NCBI GenBank assembly: GCA_041645165.1
Contig: JBAZQN010000007.1
Location: forward strand, 8,318 to 72,317
DNA length: 64,000 nt
Source of the DNA: Patescibacteria group bacterium
GTDB taxonomy: Bacteria; Patescibacteriota; Patescibacteriia; 2-02-FULL-49-11
Reading direction: 5' to 3'
Position 1 is the stretch's first letter. Each line of letters starts with the position of its first letter. Positions 1 to 8,817 of this stretch are shown here, in pieces. A program made the translations under genes and the position numbers. The notes beneath the pieces are model-generated. The model did no database searches. It was given only the letters and a program-made list of their open reading frames with translations, and was not told the DNA's origin.

Positions 1-650
1 TTCCCCACATCAGTGTCATATCCGCGCTCTTTGAGCACCACCCCGAGCGCATGGAATACTGCAACGCCTACCCGCACTTTCTCCCGCGCGCCTTTTCCGC
101 ACAAGGGCACTACCATGATTTCCTGCACATCAAGATTATTGTCCGCATGCGCGCCGCCGTTGAATATATTGAACATCGGCGTCGGCAGCCTGCTGATATT
201 TCGATCATTCTTCACCGGATGCTTCAGGTATAATGCGTGTAAATATGCAAAGAGCTCCATTCCCTGCGCTTGCGCCGCCGCGCGCGCGCAGGCAAAGGAC
301 ACGCCAATGGTGGCATTGCCTCCTAGGCGCGCCTTTTGGGGCGTGCCGTCAAACACGAGCATAGTCGCGTCAATGCGCTCCTGATCGCGCACATCCATGC
401 CTTTGAGGCGCGCGCCGATCTTTGCGACATTGGCGGATGCACGCAGCACTCCCTTACCCCGGTAGCGCTTCGCATCCCCGTCCCTCAATTCTACCGCCTC
501 GTGCGAGCCTGTGGACGCGCCTGAAGGCACCCCTGCCTTGGCCACAATCCCGCTCTCGAGCGCGACGGAAACCTCAAGAGTCGGGTTGCCGCGGGAATCA
601 AGTATTTCCCGGGCGCATATATTCTTTATAGAAAACTTTTTATGAATCAT
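1..650 (-). CDS. eno: enolase (phosphopyruvate hydratase), N-terminal ~216 aa; the C-terminus runs off the window edge
   Basis: Minus-strand translation from the ATG (complement of 648-650) gives MIHKKFSIKNICAREILDSRGNPTLEVSVALESGIVAKAGVPSGASTGSHEAVELRDGD..., the canonical enolase N-terminus. It was not in the ORF track because it is truncated; plus-strand ORFs 13..631 are antisense to it. Confidence 0.85.
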   Translation of the reverse strand, partial: MIHKKFSIKNICAREILDSRGNPTLEVSVALESGIVAKAGVPSGASTGSHEAVELRDGDAKRYRGKGVLRASANVAKIGARLKGMDVRDQERIDATMLVFDGTPQKARLGGNATIGVSFACARAAAQAQGMELFAYLHALYLKHPVKNDRNISRLPTPMFNIFNGGAHADNNLDVQEIMVVPLCGKGAREKVRVGVAVFHALGVVLKERGYDTDVG

Positions 651-681
651 ATCAAATTCTTAATTCTAAATTCTATATTCT

Positions 682-1944
682 TTATTCTCTCAATGGTTTT
701 AGTCCCGGCAATTCCTGTCCTGACAAAAATGCGAGCATCGCTCCTCCGCCCGTTGATACGAACCCAAACTGATCTCTCACTCCCGCCTGATCCACCAGAT
801 CCAGCGTGTCTCCACCGCCGATAACGGTAAAAGAAGGCGTTTTGACCAGATTTTTGGCAAGATCGATACTTGAACGGGCGAATAATGGCACTTCAAAATA
901 ACCAAGAGGCCCGTTCCATACCGTAAGCTTAGAGCGCGAGGCTGAAGCTACCATCGCTTTCACGGTCTGAGGCCCGATATCGTAAATAAATTCATCATCT
1001 CTTACCTCATCAACCGCACAATGGCGCAGTCCTCTTCCTTTGGCATCCTGCGCAACCGTGACATCAACCGGAAGCTGCACTTTTTCCCAACCAGGAAAAG
1101 AAAGCACCTCTTCAAATCCCTTCATGGTCATCGAAAGCCCAACGGGTTTTCCTTGGTAGGAGAGGATGGTATTGGCGGCCGCGCCACCGATAAAGAGCGC
1201 ATCCACGCGCGGCAGCATGTTTTTAATAATCGGCAGTTTCGTTTCAAGTTTCACGCCGCCTAAGATCAAGGTAAAGGGATGCGCGGGATTATCCACGAGC
1301 GTACTTAAATGCGCGACCTCGTCTATGAGAAGCGCTCCTGCAAAACTCGGTACCAGTTCGGTGATGGCGGCAACAGATGCGTGCTTCCTGTGGGAAGCGG
1401 AAAACTGGTCATTCACAAAATAATCCGCGTGGTGCGTAAGAGAGCGCGCGAACTCCGGATCATTCGCTTCCTCTTCGGGGTGGAAACGCACATTTTCAAG
1501 CAGCACGAGGTCGCCCGGCCGCGCGTGGTCTATTACTTCTTCCGTAGCAATACCTGTGCAGTCCGGTGCGCATAAAATGAGCGCCGTGCGCTTACCCTGC
1601 ACGCGAGAAGGCGGCACGGCGCCACGTTCAAAATTCGTCCATACCACTTCATTGGGAATACCCTGCTGGATAAGCAAGCCGCTCAAACAATGCGCTATGG
1701 GGCGCACACGCAGCTCTTCGCGCACCATCCCCTTTGGCCTTCCTACGTGGGTCAAGAGCACCACGACCGCGCCCTGTTCCATGAGGTAGGTAATGGTGGG
1801 CAAAGAACGTTTGATCCGCCAGCCGCCGTGCGGATCAACTTCATAACCGCCACTCAAAGGGCGCAACGGCACGTTGAAATCCACGCGGACAAGGACGCGC
1901 TTTCCCGCGAGATCTTTGACCGAACGTATGTCACGGAGTTGCAT
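682..1944 (-). CDS. pgk: phosphoglycerate kinase
   Basis: 420 aa. The N-terminus KRVLVRVDFNVPL, the length and the overall similarity are typical of PGK. It sits directly upstream of eno. Confidence 0.9.
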   Translation of the reverse strand: MQLRDIRSVKDLAGKRVLVRVDFNVPLRPLSGGYEVDPHGGWRIKRSLPTITYLMEQGAVVVLLTHVGRPKGMVREELRVRPIAHCLSGLLIQQGIPNEVVWTNFERGAVPPSRVQGKRTALILCAPDCTGIATEEVIDHARPGDLVLLENVRFHPEEEANDPEFARSLTHHADYFVNDQFSASHRKHASVAAITELVPSFAGALLIDEVAHLSTLVDNPAHPFTLILGGVKLETKLPIIKNMLPRVDALFIGGAAANTILSYQGKPVGLSMTMKGFEEVLSFPGWEKVQLPVDVTVAQDAKGRGLRHCAVDEVRDDEFIYDIGPQTVKAMVASASRSKLTVWNGPLGYFEVPLFARSSIDLAKNLVKTPSFTVIGGGDTLDLVDQAGVRDQFGFVSTGGGAMLAFLSGQELPGLKPLRE

Positions 1945-2128
1945 GAATATACTATACCAAAAAAAACCTTTAAGTTCTAGGATGGACTAAATTATAATTC
2001 CCATCTTACAATAAATTATGGAAACCGCCCCTCAAAGTCCCCTCCTTACTAAGGAGGGGATGGGGAGGTCTCCTTAGTGAGAGGGATTGAAATTCCGTTA
2101 CAATCAATTATCACCATTCTTTTCACTT

Positions 2129-2986
2129 TTACTGCGAGGTTCGTGAGGTAATCACTATTATCTTCTTCTCCCCTTCTTCTATTTTCTCCTTCTCCCCGGG
2201 AAAATCGTGAATAGCGTTCCAGATAACCTCATAAGGATAGCGATATCCTTCGCCGCGGCGCGTACCGACGTCATTAGTGATGAATTCCTGTTTCTCATCG
2301 TCAAATCCGCGGACCACTATCATATGGTACCAAGGTCCGGGCTGGCGGAAATATGGATTTTTTAAAAGCCGGCCTGCCATTGGCGCGATGACTAAATTCC
2401 CTCCTTTCAAAATCTCTTTCACCTCTTCCACCCCCTTAACCTCTTTAACCTCAACTCCGATCCCATACACCTGACGCCCGATCTCCGCGGTGCGTTCGGC
2501 ATCACTGTCGCGGTAATCGCCATACTGTTCCTTTTGGTACGACACAAGCTTTAAAATTTCATCTCGCATTTCTTCTTGGGTAAGCGTTTCCATATGGTGC
2601 GCGAAACGGTTCGCAAGCGCCAAGGCCGCCTCTTCGCACGCTTCTCCCCACGGCTCCCGCCAATCGCCAAACGGCGCCTGAGGCTGAAAAGGAACCGGCA
2701 GTACGACGTTATCCGACCTATCCTCCCTCTCAGTCTTATCTATCATATCCGCCGTATCCGACTTATTCGTTCCATCAGCCTTATCCGAATTAATATTTGC
2801 CTTATACGACCTATCGGTCTTATCCGTCCTCTTAGTCTCACCTATGATATCTAACCTATCCACTGTATGTGACTTATCCGTCCTATCAATCCTATAAAAA
2901 GAATCCTCCGGAATAGGAAGGCTTAATCGATACGCAACCACTATCCCTAATAGAATGCTAAGAGCAATGACCGCGGTCCATTTCAT
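2129..2986 (-). CDS. membrane-anchored C39-like cysteine peptidase domain protein with a D/K/T-rich repetitive linker
   Basis: N-terminal TM/signal anchor. Catalytic-Cys context WGEACEEAALALANRF and later PWYHMIVVRGFDDEKQEFITND match the Peptidase_C39-like (C39_2) Cys/His pattern. The linker (aa ~35-95) is encoded by TATCC-type DNA repeats. Confidence 0.55.
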   Translation of the reverse strand: MKWTAVIALSILLGIVVAYRLSLPIPEDSFYRIDRTDKSHTVDRLDIIGETKRTDKTDRSYKANINSDKADGTNKSDTADMIDKTEREDRSDNVVLPVPFQPQAPFGDWREPWGEACEEAALALANRFAHHMETLTQEEMRDEILKLVSYQKEQYGDYRDSDAERTAEIGRQVYGIGVEVKEVKGVEEVKEILKGGNLVIAPMAGRLLKNPYFRQPGPWYHMIVVRGFDDEKQEFITNDVGTRRGEGYRYPYEVIWNAIHDFPGEKEKIEEGEKKIIVITSRTSQ

Positions 2987-3732
2987 ATTCGCAGCACTGA
3001 CGTATAGATATCATCCCGCGGATGAATCTTCAATTTACCTCTTTCGCCTCTGGTAATAAACGTAACCGGCGCATCCTCGATGACTGCGATTGGCGTGCGC
3101 TCGTCTCCCTCGCCCATCGCAAGGACTGCCGCGCTCGCGAGGCAATCCGCGGCTGACACTTTGGTCATCCGCAAGCGCCTCCCCATTAAATCTTTTTTTC
3201 CCACGTAATTCTTTTGTCCTTCAAATCCAAAATACCCTAATGCAATGCCTATGACACCGTGCCGCAAAGGCATAGTCCATGAATCAGTAATAAGCACGCC
3301 GAGCCGTTTCACTTTGTAACGCTGTTTAAACGCATCGTGCAAACGCTTTGCGCTTTCAAAGGCATTCTTAGGCCAAAGAATAAATCCGCCAAACGCATTG
3401 GACTCGTCGATGCCTGCATTGGGAATGAGCATCCCATTCTTTAATGCAAGCCAGCAATGCTCGCTCGGCCACACCTTGTCCGCTTCCTTCCGTACTAATA
3501 TCTCTAGCTGCTTTTCTCTTTCTCTATCTGCGTGAATCTGCGTTTTAGGCAAGCGTGACGATCTGCGTATATCCGCGTCTTTGGGTATGAATCTCCCTTC
3601 GCTTAAACTTACCACTTTTGAAGTAATCGCAATCACACTGCCTTCTTTCACACGGAGAAGCGCGCGATGAATTATCTTAGTGATATCATCACCCGTTTTC
3701 ACTAACGGTGTTTTTATGGGGGTTATATGCAT
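2983..3732 (-). CDS. CofE-like protein (F420-0:gamma-glutamyl ligase family)
   Basis: 249 aa with LIPNAGIDESNA and LITDSW motifs characteristic of the CofE/F420 ligase fold. Confidence 0.55.
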   Translation of the reverse strand: MHITPIKTPLVKTGDDITKIIHRALLRVKEGSVIAITSKVVSLSEGRFIPKDADIRRSSRLPKTQIHADREREKQLEILVRKEADKVWPSEHCWLALKNGMLIPNAGIDESNAFGGFILWPKNAFESAKRLHDAFKQRYKVKRLGVLITDSWTMPLRHGVIGIALGYFGFEGQKNYVGKKDLMGRRLRMTKVSAADCLASAAVLAMGEGDERTPIAVIEDAPVTFITRGERGKLKIHPRDDIYTSVLRI

Positions 3733-3733
3733 A

Positions 3734-4627
3734 TCAGCCTGCGTCCTGCATTTTTAAAATCTTTTCAATCACCTGGACTGCGCCATCCTCCTCCACAGGT
3801 GGCGCAATATAATCAGCAATTTCTTTCAGAGAGGAAACTGCATTGCCCATCGCTACCTTGTAACCGCATGCCATGAGCAGAGGGAAATCATTCTCATCAT
3901 TCCCTACTCCCACTATATTCTGCAGCGGCACCCCAGTTACTTTGGAGAGCTCGAACACACCGTGCTGTTTGGTTGCTTGGCTATGGGTAATGTAAATACC
4001 GACCATCCCCGCGTTCCTTATTTCTTTATGCGTAGAACGTACGACCGCATACGCAATATCAGAGAATTGATGGAGTATGCGCCGCGCCTCATCAAGCGCC
4101 CCTGGCTTCAGATACCATACCAGATAGGTGAACTTCGTATAGTCGAGTGATGAATGTACTGCCGGCGTCAACACTTTTAAAGGAGTGCGCATCCGTGGTA
4201 TTCGTCCTTGTTCTAATGGCTCTTTCACTAGATTAGCGTATAGCTGCGCATACGCGGAAGAATCAAACATTATCCTGCCTGTATGGGCATAAAAGGCTGC
4301 ATTCTGCCCGAGCAAGAGAGAGATGAGTTCCTTTGCTTCCGGTGCGTTAAGATAGCAGGTCCACAAATCCTTCCTTTTTTGGGGATCATACAAACGTGCG
4401 CCTCCCGCTAATACCACGGGCGCGGTGATGCTAAGCCATTCATTGACGGATTCAAATGCGTGAATCTCCCTTCCGGTTACCACGCTTATAAATATTCCTT
4501 TCTCCTGCGCATGTTGCACGGCGTCCCGTACGCATTGCGTAGGAGGAGTACGCGCCCCTGCGATGAGAGTGCCATCAATATCAAATAAAATTGCCTGAAT
4601 ACTTTTTAAACTTTTATGAGAATACAT
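3734..4627 (-). CDS. Cof-type HAD-IIB family hydrolase
   Basis: ILFDIDGTL (HAD motif I) and GNDENDFPLLMACGYKVAMGNA (motif IV). Length 297 aa. Confidence 0.7.
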   Translation of the reverse strand: MYSHKSLKSIQAILFDIDGTLIAGARTPPTQCVRDAVQHAQEKGIFISVVTGREIHAFESVNEWLSITAPVVLAGGARLYDPQKRKDLWTCYLNAPEAKELISLLLGQNAAFYAHTGRIMFDSSAYAQLYANLVKEPLEQGRIPRMRTPLKVLTPAVHSSLDYTKFTYLVWYLKPGALDEARRILHQFSDIAYAVVRSTHKEIRNAGMVGIYITHSQATKQHGVFELSKVTGVPLQNIVGVGNDENDFPLLMACGYKVAMGNAVSSLKEIADYIAPPVEEDGAVQVIEKILKMQDAG

Positions 4628-4636
4628 ACACGAGCG

Positions 4637-5137
4637 CTAACGCGCTATGGGTATTATAAACGCCCGATTCGCCCGATACGATCCCTTTCCATATTCTGCA
4701 GCGCCGTATTCGAGGGAAAAGGCAAGTTCATAATCGCCGCATGCATCGGTGCACTCTTCCGGCAACGCGCGGAATTGGTATGAATAGTTTTGATTAATAT
4801 CCGCGGGTATGGGATTTAAAAAAACAGCTGCTCCCTCGCCGCAACTCTCGTCTGATCCGAGAAACCCTTTTTGTGCAGATCCTGCACAGAGCTGCCCGCC
4901 GCCATCCTTTCCTAAGGTGACCTGATCACCCGCGGGAAAGGATCCCTGCTGTTTGAAATATTCCTGCAATGCCACGCGAATATCTTTTATATCATCCAAT
5001 CTTCCCCTATCGCGCGCTTCCGCCTGCTTCGACCTCACCCCCATCACCACCACCGCGCCAATAAAACAAAAAATAAGGACAAGACCAAGGTATTCCAAGA
5101 GTCTTTTTCGAGGAAGAATGATTGGCATATTAGACAC
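4637..5137 (-). CDS. type IV pilin/pseudopilin-like protein with a non-canonical N-terminus
   Basis: N-terminal hydrophobic helix followed by ARDRGRLDDIKDIRVALQEYFKQQGSFPAG, the conserved segment that follows the prepilin helix in type IV pilins. It lacks a canonical G-F-T-L-I-E cleavage motif. Confidence 0.4.
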   Translation of the reverse strand: MSNMPIILPRKRLLEYLGLVLIFCFIGAVVVMGVRSKQAEARDRGRLDDIKDIRVALQEYFKQQGSFPAGDQVTLGKDGGGQLCAGSAQKGFLGSDESCGEGAAVFLNPIPADINQNYSYQFRALPEECTDACGDYELAFSLEYGAAEYGKGSYRANRAFIIPIAR

Positions 5138-5270
5138 TTCTTACCAATATCATGATATTTAAACCAAAAATCCAAAATTCAAATGCCAAATGAAGCTCAA
5201 AGCACAAATATATAAATTTTGACATTTGGATTTTGATATTCCTTTGAACTTTTGATTTTGAACTTTGACT

Positions 5271-5690
5271 TTACTCACTGCCTCGCTCTTCCCCCAGCCT
5301 TTTCGCGAGCATCCTCTGCTCTTCGAGCGTGTCAATAATGTCGCCTTCGAATCGCCAATGGGTGATCGAGTTTTTGCCGAAAGGGTTTGCATGGATATGC
5401 TCGGTCACCGCGGGGATATTGAGTTCCGCACCGCGCAGCAGCTCATGCACGACCGGCTCGCCATCGTTCCCAAACACGGTCACCATGGATTCCCCCTCGA
5501 TCTGCTTAAGCCGCTCCTCGACCGGGCGATGGTGCCTCTGCATTTCCTTTCCCGGCGGCAGTTCTAAATATCCCTCGCTCTTCGCATGGGTAGCGCTCGC
5601 GATATAGACGGTATAACCGCCGAGGTCTAACCGCTCGGCATCTTGCAATTGGGGAATGGGGGTGGACATAATATTTAAAATAATTTTCAA
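5271..5690 (-). CDS. cupin-domain protein
   Basis: PGKEMQRHHRPVEE ... VTVFGNDGEP matches the two-motif cupin signature. The start may be the internal MSTPIPQ. Confidence 0.4.
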   Translation of the reverse strand: MKIILNIMSTPIPQLQDAERLDLGGYTVYIASATHAKSEGYLELPPGKEMQRHHRPVEERLKQIEGESMVTVFGNDGEPVVHELLRGAELNIPAVTEHIHANPFGKNSITHWRFEGDIIDTLEEQRMLAKRLGEERGSE

Positions 5691-5826
5691 TTCTCAATTT
5701 TCAATTTCTCCCTCTTCGCGGGATCCCGCGTAGCGGGACAATCAATGTCGCAATGAATCAATTTTCAAACATTGCATCATTGATTCATTGAAAATTAATT
5801 GAAAATTGGTATTTGAAAATTGGAAA

Positions 5827-6783
5827 TTACTCACTGGGTTCTCCTACAATCTCCTTCCTCACCTCCTCCAAATACCCCACCACCATTTGTCGGCATAATT
5901 CCTGTTCCTCAACGCTTTCAATCGCCGCGCACTCCTCTACATTGCCCGTCACCAAGGCGCGGCAAAGCGCTTGCTGGCGTATGCTTTCAAATGCATTGCA
6001 TGACTCTGGCTGGCGCGCGTACGCGATGCAGAGGAATTTCAGCTGCGAGCTCTCAGGACTTACAGAATCACAAAAATCTGGGGGCAGCGTGTCACCCGCA
6101 CTCGCCGCGGCTATTGCCACTTGCGTAAAGCATGAATCGCGCTTGACCCCTTCTTCCTGCGTCTCGCAATAGGCAAGCGATTGGGTAAGCGCTGCGGAGA
6201 TATTCTCCTCCCCTCCCGCACCCGCAGGCGCGGACGAGTAAGTCACGTCAAGCGCCCCCCACGCCGCGATCCGCACGGCAACCAATACGCACACCGCAAC
6301 GATGAGCAATCTGCCGCTGCCTTTGTGAAAATCCTCATCTTCCTCTTGCGAAAAAAACCACTTGATTTGGAATAGCCCTATAAGCAGCACCACCAACGCC
6401 GTGATGCAGAGCAAAATGCCTGCGACAAACCCTGCGACCCACCACCTCCCCAGTTGTGAAGGCCATGAGGCCGCCGCAAAGCTCGTTCCCACTACGCTGG
6501 CCATCATGGCAACAACGACCTGCAGCACCATCAGCCCCCACCCCCACTTCTTGCGCTTCCACAGGCCCACTGCAGTAACAAGCACGAATACGCCTGCCAG
6601 AAATAATAACACCTTCAACTGCGGCGCAAGCGCCACGCTCGTGCGAACTCGCGCAAGGCTTATCACTGCCGCAGGCGCGAACGCAACCGCCAGCAGCGCT
6701 AATCCCGTCGCCGCGCGCTCGAGTGCCACTACCTTCACGCCCCATGCAATATTTAATTGTTTATGCATATCAGCGTAACACAT
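5827..6783 (-). CDS. polytopic membrane protein with a C-terminal 8-Cys domain, function unknown
   Basis: Several predicted TM helices followed by a Cys-rich tail (CETQ...CFTQ...CDSV...CIAY...CNAF...CRAL...CAAI...CRQM). The region is GC-rich, which produces long overlapping ORFs on both strands. Confidence 0.5.
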   Translation of the reverse strand: MCYADMHKQLNIAWGVKVVALERAATGLALLAVAFAPAAVISLARVRTSVALAPQLKVLLFLAGVFVLVTAVGLWKRKKWGWGLMVLQVVVAMMASVVGTSFAAASWPSQLGRWWVAGFVAGILLCITALVVLLIGLFQIKWFFSQEEDEDFHKGSGRLLIVAVCVLVAVRIAAWGALDVTYSSAPAGAGGEENISAALTQSLAYCETQEEGVKRDSCFTQVAIAAASAGDTLPPDFCDSVSPESSQLKFLCIAYARQPESCNAFESIRQQALCRALVTGNVEECAAIESVEEQELCRQMVVGYLEEVRKEIVGEPSE

Positions 6784-6834
6784 TAACCATCCAATTCTGC
6801 CACCATTTTACCATCCTTCACCCATCCGCGCCAC

Positions 6835-7045
6835 TAAATTAATCAGCCATATCCGTCTTATCCCATCCTATCCGACTTATCCGTTCCTATCCGATCCATT
6901 CCGCTTATCCGTCTTATCCCAATATCTCCGACTTATCCGTTCCTATCCGATCCATTCCGCTTATCCGTCTTATCCCACCTATCCGTCTTATCCCAACCTC
7001 TCAAATCTAATCAACCTATCAGACCTATTCTGACTTATCCGTCTT
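6835..7045. repeat. pyrimidine-rich TATCC-type repeat array phased at about 10 bp, including a ~57-bp tandem duplication
   Basis: cttatccgt / cctatccga / ccattccgc units recur roughly every 10-11 bp. gacttatccgttcctatccgatccattccgcttatccgtcttatccca occurs twice in tandem. Confidence 0.8.
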
Positions 7046-7112
7046 ATAATCCTATCCGCCACCTCTCGCCCACCTTTCAACTTCCAGCTTCTAACTTCTC
7101 CCACTTTCTCCT

Positions 7113-7141
7113 TGACACAGAGAGATAATACATGGTAAACC
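7113..7141 (+). promoter_or_regulatory. putative sigma70-like promoter for the lipoprotein gene
   Basis: TTGACA (7113-7118), a 17-nt spacer, and an extended -10 TGgTAAACC. It lies within a ~100-bp segment duplicated at 8215-8320. Confidence 0.3.
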
Positions 7142-7206
7142 AGACTAATTAAATCCATCTTAATAATTCACTAAAATCGTTTCATTAACAAGAAAGGAGG
7201 TACGCC

Positions 7207-7947
7207 ATGCGTACCCAAACAATCGTACTAGGGGTCCTGGGGATTTTTATATTCTCAATTTTTTTCATCAGCTGTGGCAAGACTCCCCCACCCCCCGGTT
7301 CTGTCCTTGCGTTCTGGGACGGCGTTAGCGGTGGGCTGGAGGATATCCTAAAAGGAGACGTCCAGGTTCTGCTCCCCCAGTCACCAGGCGATTGGGTCCT
7401 CCAGGAATCAGAAAAATCCCCGACTGACAAAGGGCTGACCGGCCTTAAGGGGGTCTATTTCTCCGGAGAAGGGGTATCACCGGCAGAATGGGGTCTTTAC
7501 CTTTGGGATGGGAAAAATTGGCAATGTTCTAATTTAATTATTATGCCATCCCCGCAACTATGGAATACCACGGGGGTCATGGCTCTGGAAACGGGCCATG
7601 CCGAATTTAAAGGTTGGTGGTGGAGACTCGTAATGAGGATCCATAGTAAGGAATTGATTTTCCTACCAGAACAGGATCACACCTTCAAGGAGGTGCTGGA
7701 TTTCCATCCAACATTTTATCGAGTAACAATAAAAGGATTTACACTCGATAAAAAAGGAAATTTTTCTAGGCAAACATTCACATCTGACCTAGAGCCTGGA
7801 TGGGGTACCGAGTATAATCCTCGCCTATGGCCGGTATCGCTGGCTAATAAAAGCGCCTACGAAGATGTTTTCAGCTTTCTCGAAGCGTTATTCAAAAACC
7901 TGGGAGGAGTTTCTCTCCAGAAAGGAGGCGCGCCCCTCGAGCCTTAA
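7207..7947 (+). CDS. putative lipoprotein, function unknown
   Basis: Signal peptide ending in a lipobox-like FFISCGK. RBS aaggagg 9 nt upstream. 246 aa. Confidence 0.5.
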   Translation: MRTQTIVLGVLGIFIFSIFFISCGKTPPPPGSVLAFWDGVSGGLEDILKGDVQVLLPQSPGDWVLQESEKSPTDKGLTGLKGVYFSGEGVSPAEWGLYLWDGKNWQCSNLIIMPSPQLWNTTGVMALETGHAEFKGWWWRLVMRIHSKELIFLPEQDHTFKEVLDFHPTFYRVTIKGFTLDKKGNFSRQTFTSDLEPGWGTEYNPRLWPVSLANKSAYEDVFSFLEALFKNLGGVSLQKGGAPLEP

Positions 7948-8039
7948 GGCTCAACACATGGCTTTATCGCAACGCTGCAAAAATCAAAGCCGCCTTGAAT
8001 TTATCGGGCGGCTTTTACGTCGTCCAGATTCAATGCGAG

Positions 8040-8240
8040 AATCCAACCACCGACTTACCCGTTCCTATTTCAACTTATCTCATCCCATCCGATCAATCCA
8101 ACTTATCCGTTCCTATCCGACCTATTCCACTTATCCAGATCTATTCCAGTCTTTGCAATCCAACCACCAACATATCCATTCCTATCCGTCCTATCCCATC
8201 CTATCCGACCTATCCACTCTTATCCGCCTTATAATCCTAT
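8040..8240. repeat. second TATCC-type phased repeat array
   Basis: ccgttcctat, cttatccgttcctatccgacctattccacttatcc and cctatccgtcctatcccatcctatccgacctatcc, homologous to 6835-7045. Confidence 0.75.
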
Positions 8241-8304
8241 CCGCCACCCCCATTCCATCCTCCAACTTCCAGCTTCTATATTCTAACTTCTCCTCTCGCT
8301 CCCT

Positions 8305-8333
8305 TTGACAAATCTCTTCCCACCCTGTATCTT
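8305..8333 (+). promoter_or_regulatory. putative promoter for the small gene at 8387
   Basis: TTGACA (8305-8310), a 17-nt spacer, and TATCTT. The surrounding ~100 bp is a diverged duplicate of 7018-7125. Confidence 0.35.
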
Positions 8334-8386
8334 ATCAACTCAACACTAAAAATTCCAAAATCGAAAAACAAAAAAGAAAGGAATTT

Positions 8387-8578
8387 ATGCTAGTAAAAAT
8401 TAATCTTCACGGGCGACTGACAATTAAAGATGCCGTCGCCCAACTCCTTCCACATCGGCATATCTATAAATTAACCTCCCTTGATGAATCAGTCCTAATA
8501 ATAAGCAGAGGTACTGATGCCGACATAGACACGCTTCGAGCGAAAGGACTGGAAGCGGAAAAAGTGGAAGGAAAATAA
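8387..8578 (+). CDS. small hypothetical protein (63 aa)
   Basis: It has its own promoter-like element, RBS (aaagaaagga) and a downstream intrinsic terminator. No recognisable family. Confidence 0.4.
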   Translation: MLVKINLHGRLTIKDAVAQLLPHRHIYKLTSLDESVLIISRGTDADIDTLRAKGLEAEKVEGK

Positions 8579-8585
8579 CCTTAAA

Positions 8586-8618
8586 AAAGCCGCGACTCTT
8601 GTCCGGCTTTTGCTTTTA
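8586..8618 (+). terminator. rho-independent terminator
   Basis: agccgcgactcttgtccggct hairpin followed by TTTTGCTTTT. Confidence 0.5.
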
Positions 8619-8817
8619 TAAAGCTTCAATTCAAAATCAATTACTCACTTCAATCTTCTAACTCCTATCTTCCATCTTCCAGCTTCTAAATTCTATCTTC
8701 AAGATTCCAACTTCCATCTTCCAACTTCCCTTTCCTCCACAACTCATCAACTCAAAAACTCACAAACTAACTAATTGACTGATCAACTGATAAACCGACC
8801 AACTGACAAACTGAAAA

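Noticed and set aside
13-824. Plus-strand ORFs 13..384, 51..233, 336..524, 422..631 and 642..824
   Set aside because: They are antisense to, or overlap, the enolase reading frame (minus strand, start at 650), which gives an unmistakable enolase N-terminus. The plus ORFs have low-complexity products.
6335-6778. ORFs 6362..6778 (+) and 6335..6745 (-) of 136-138 aa
   Set aside because: They lie entirely inside the GC-rich membrane protein gene. Open frames on all strands are expected at this GC content, and the products are Ala/Arg/Gly-rich.
6835-8240. CRISPR array interpretation of the TATCC arrays and other short repeats
   Set aside because: The units are 8-11 bp with ~10-bp phase and no unique spacers of 25-40 bp. 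No cas genes are present, and the Cas2-like resemblance of the PaaX-like C-terminal domain is a fold-level similarity only.
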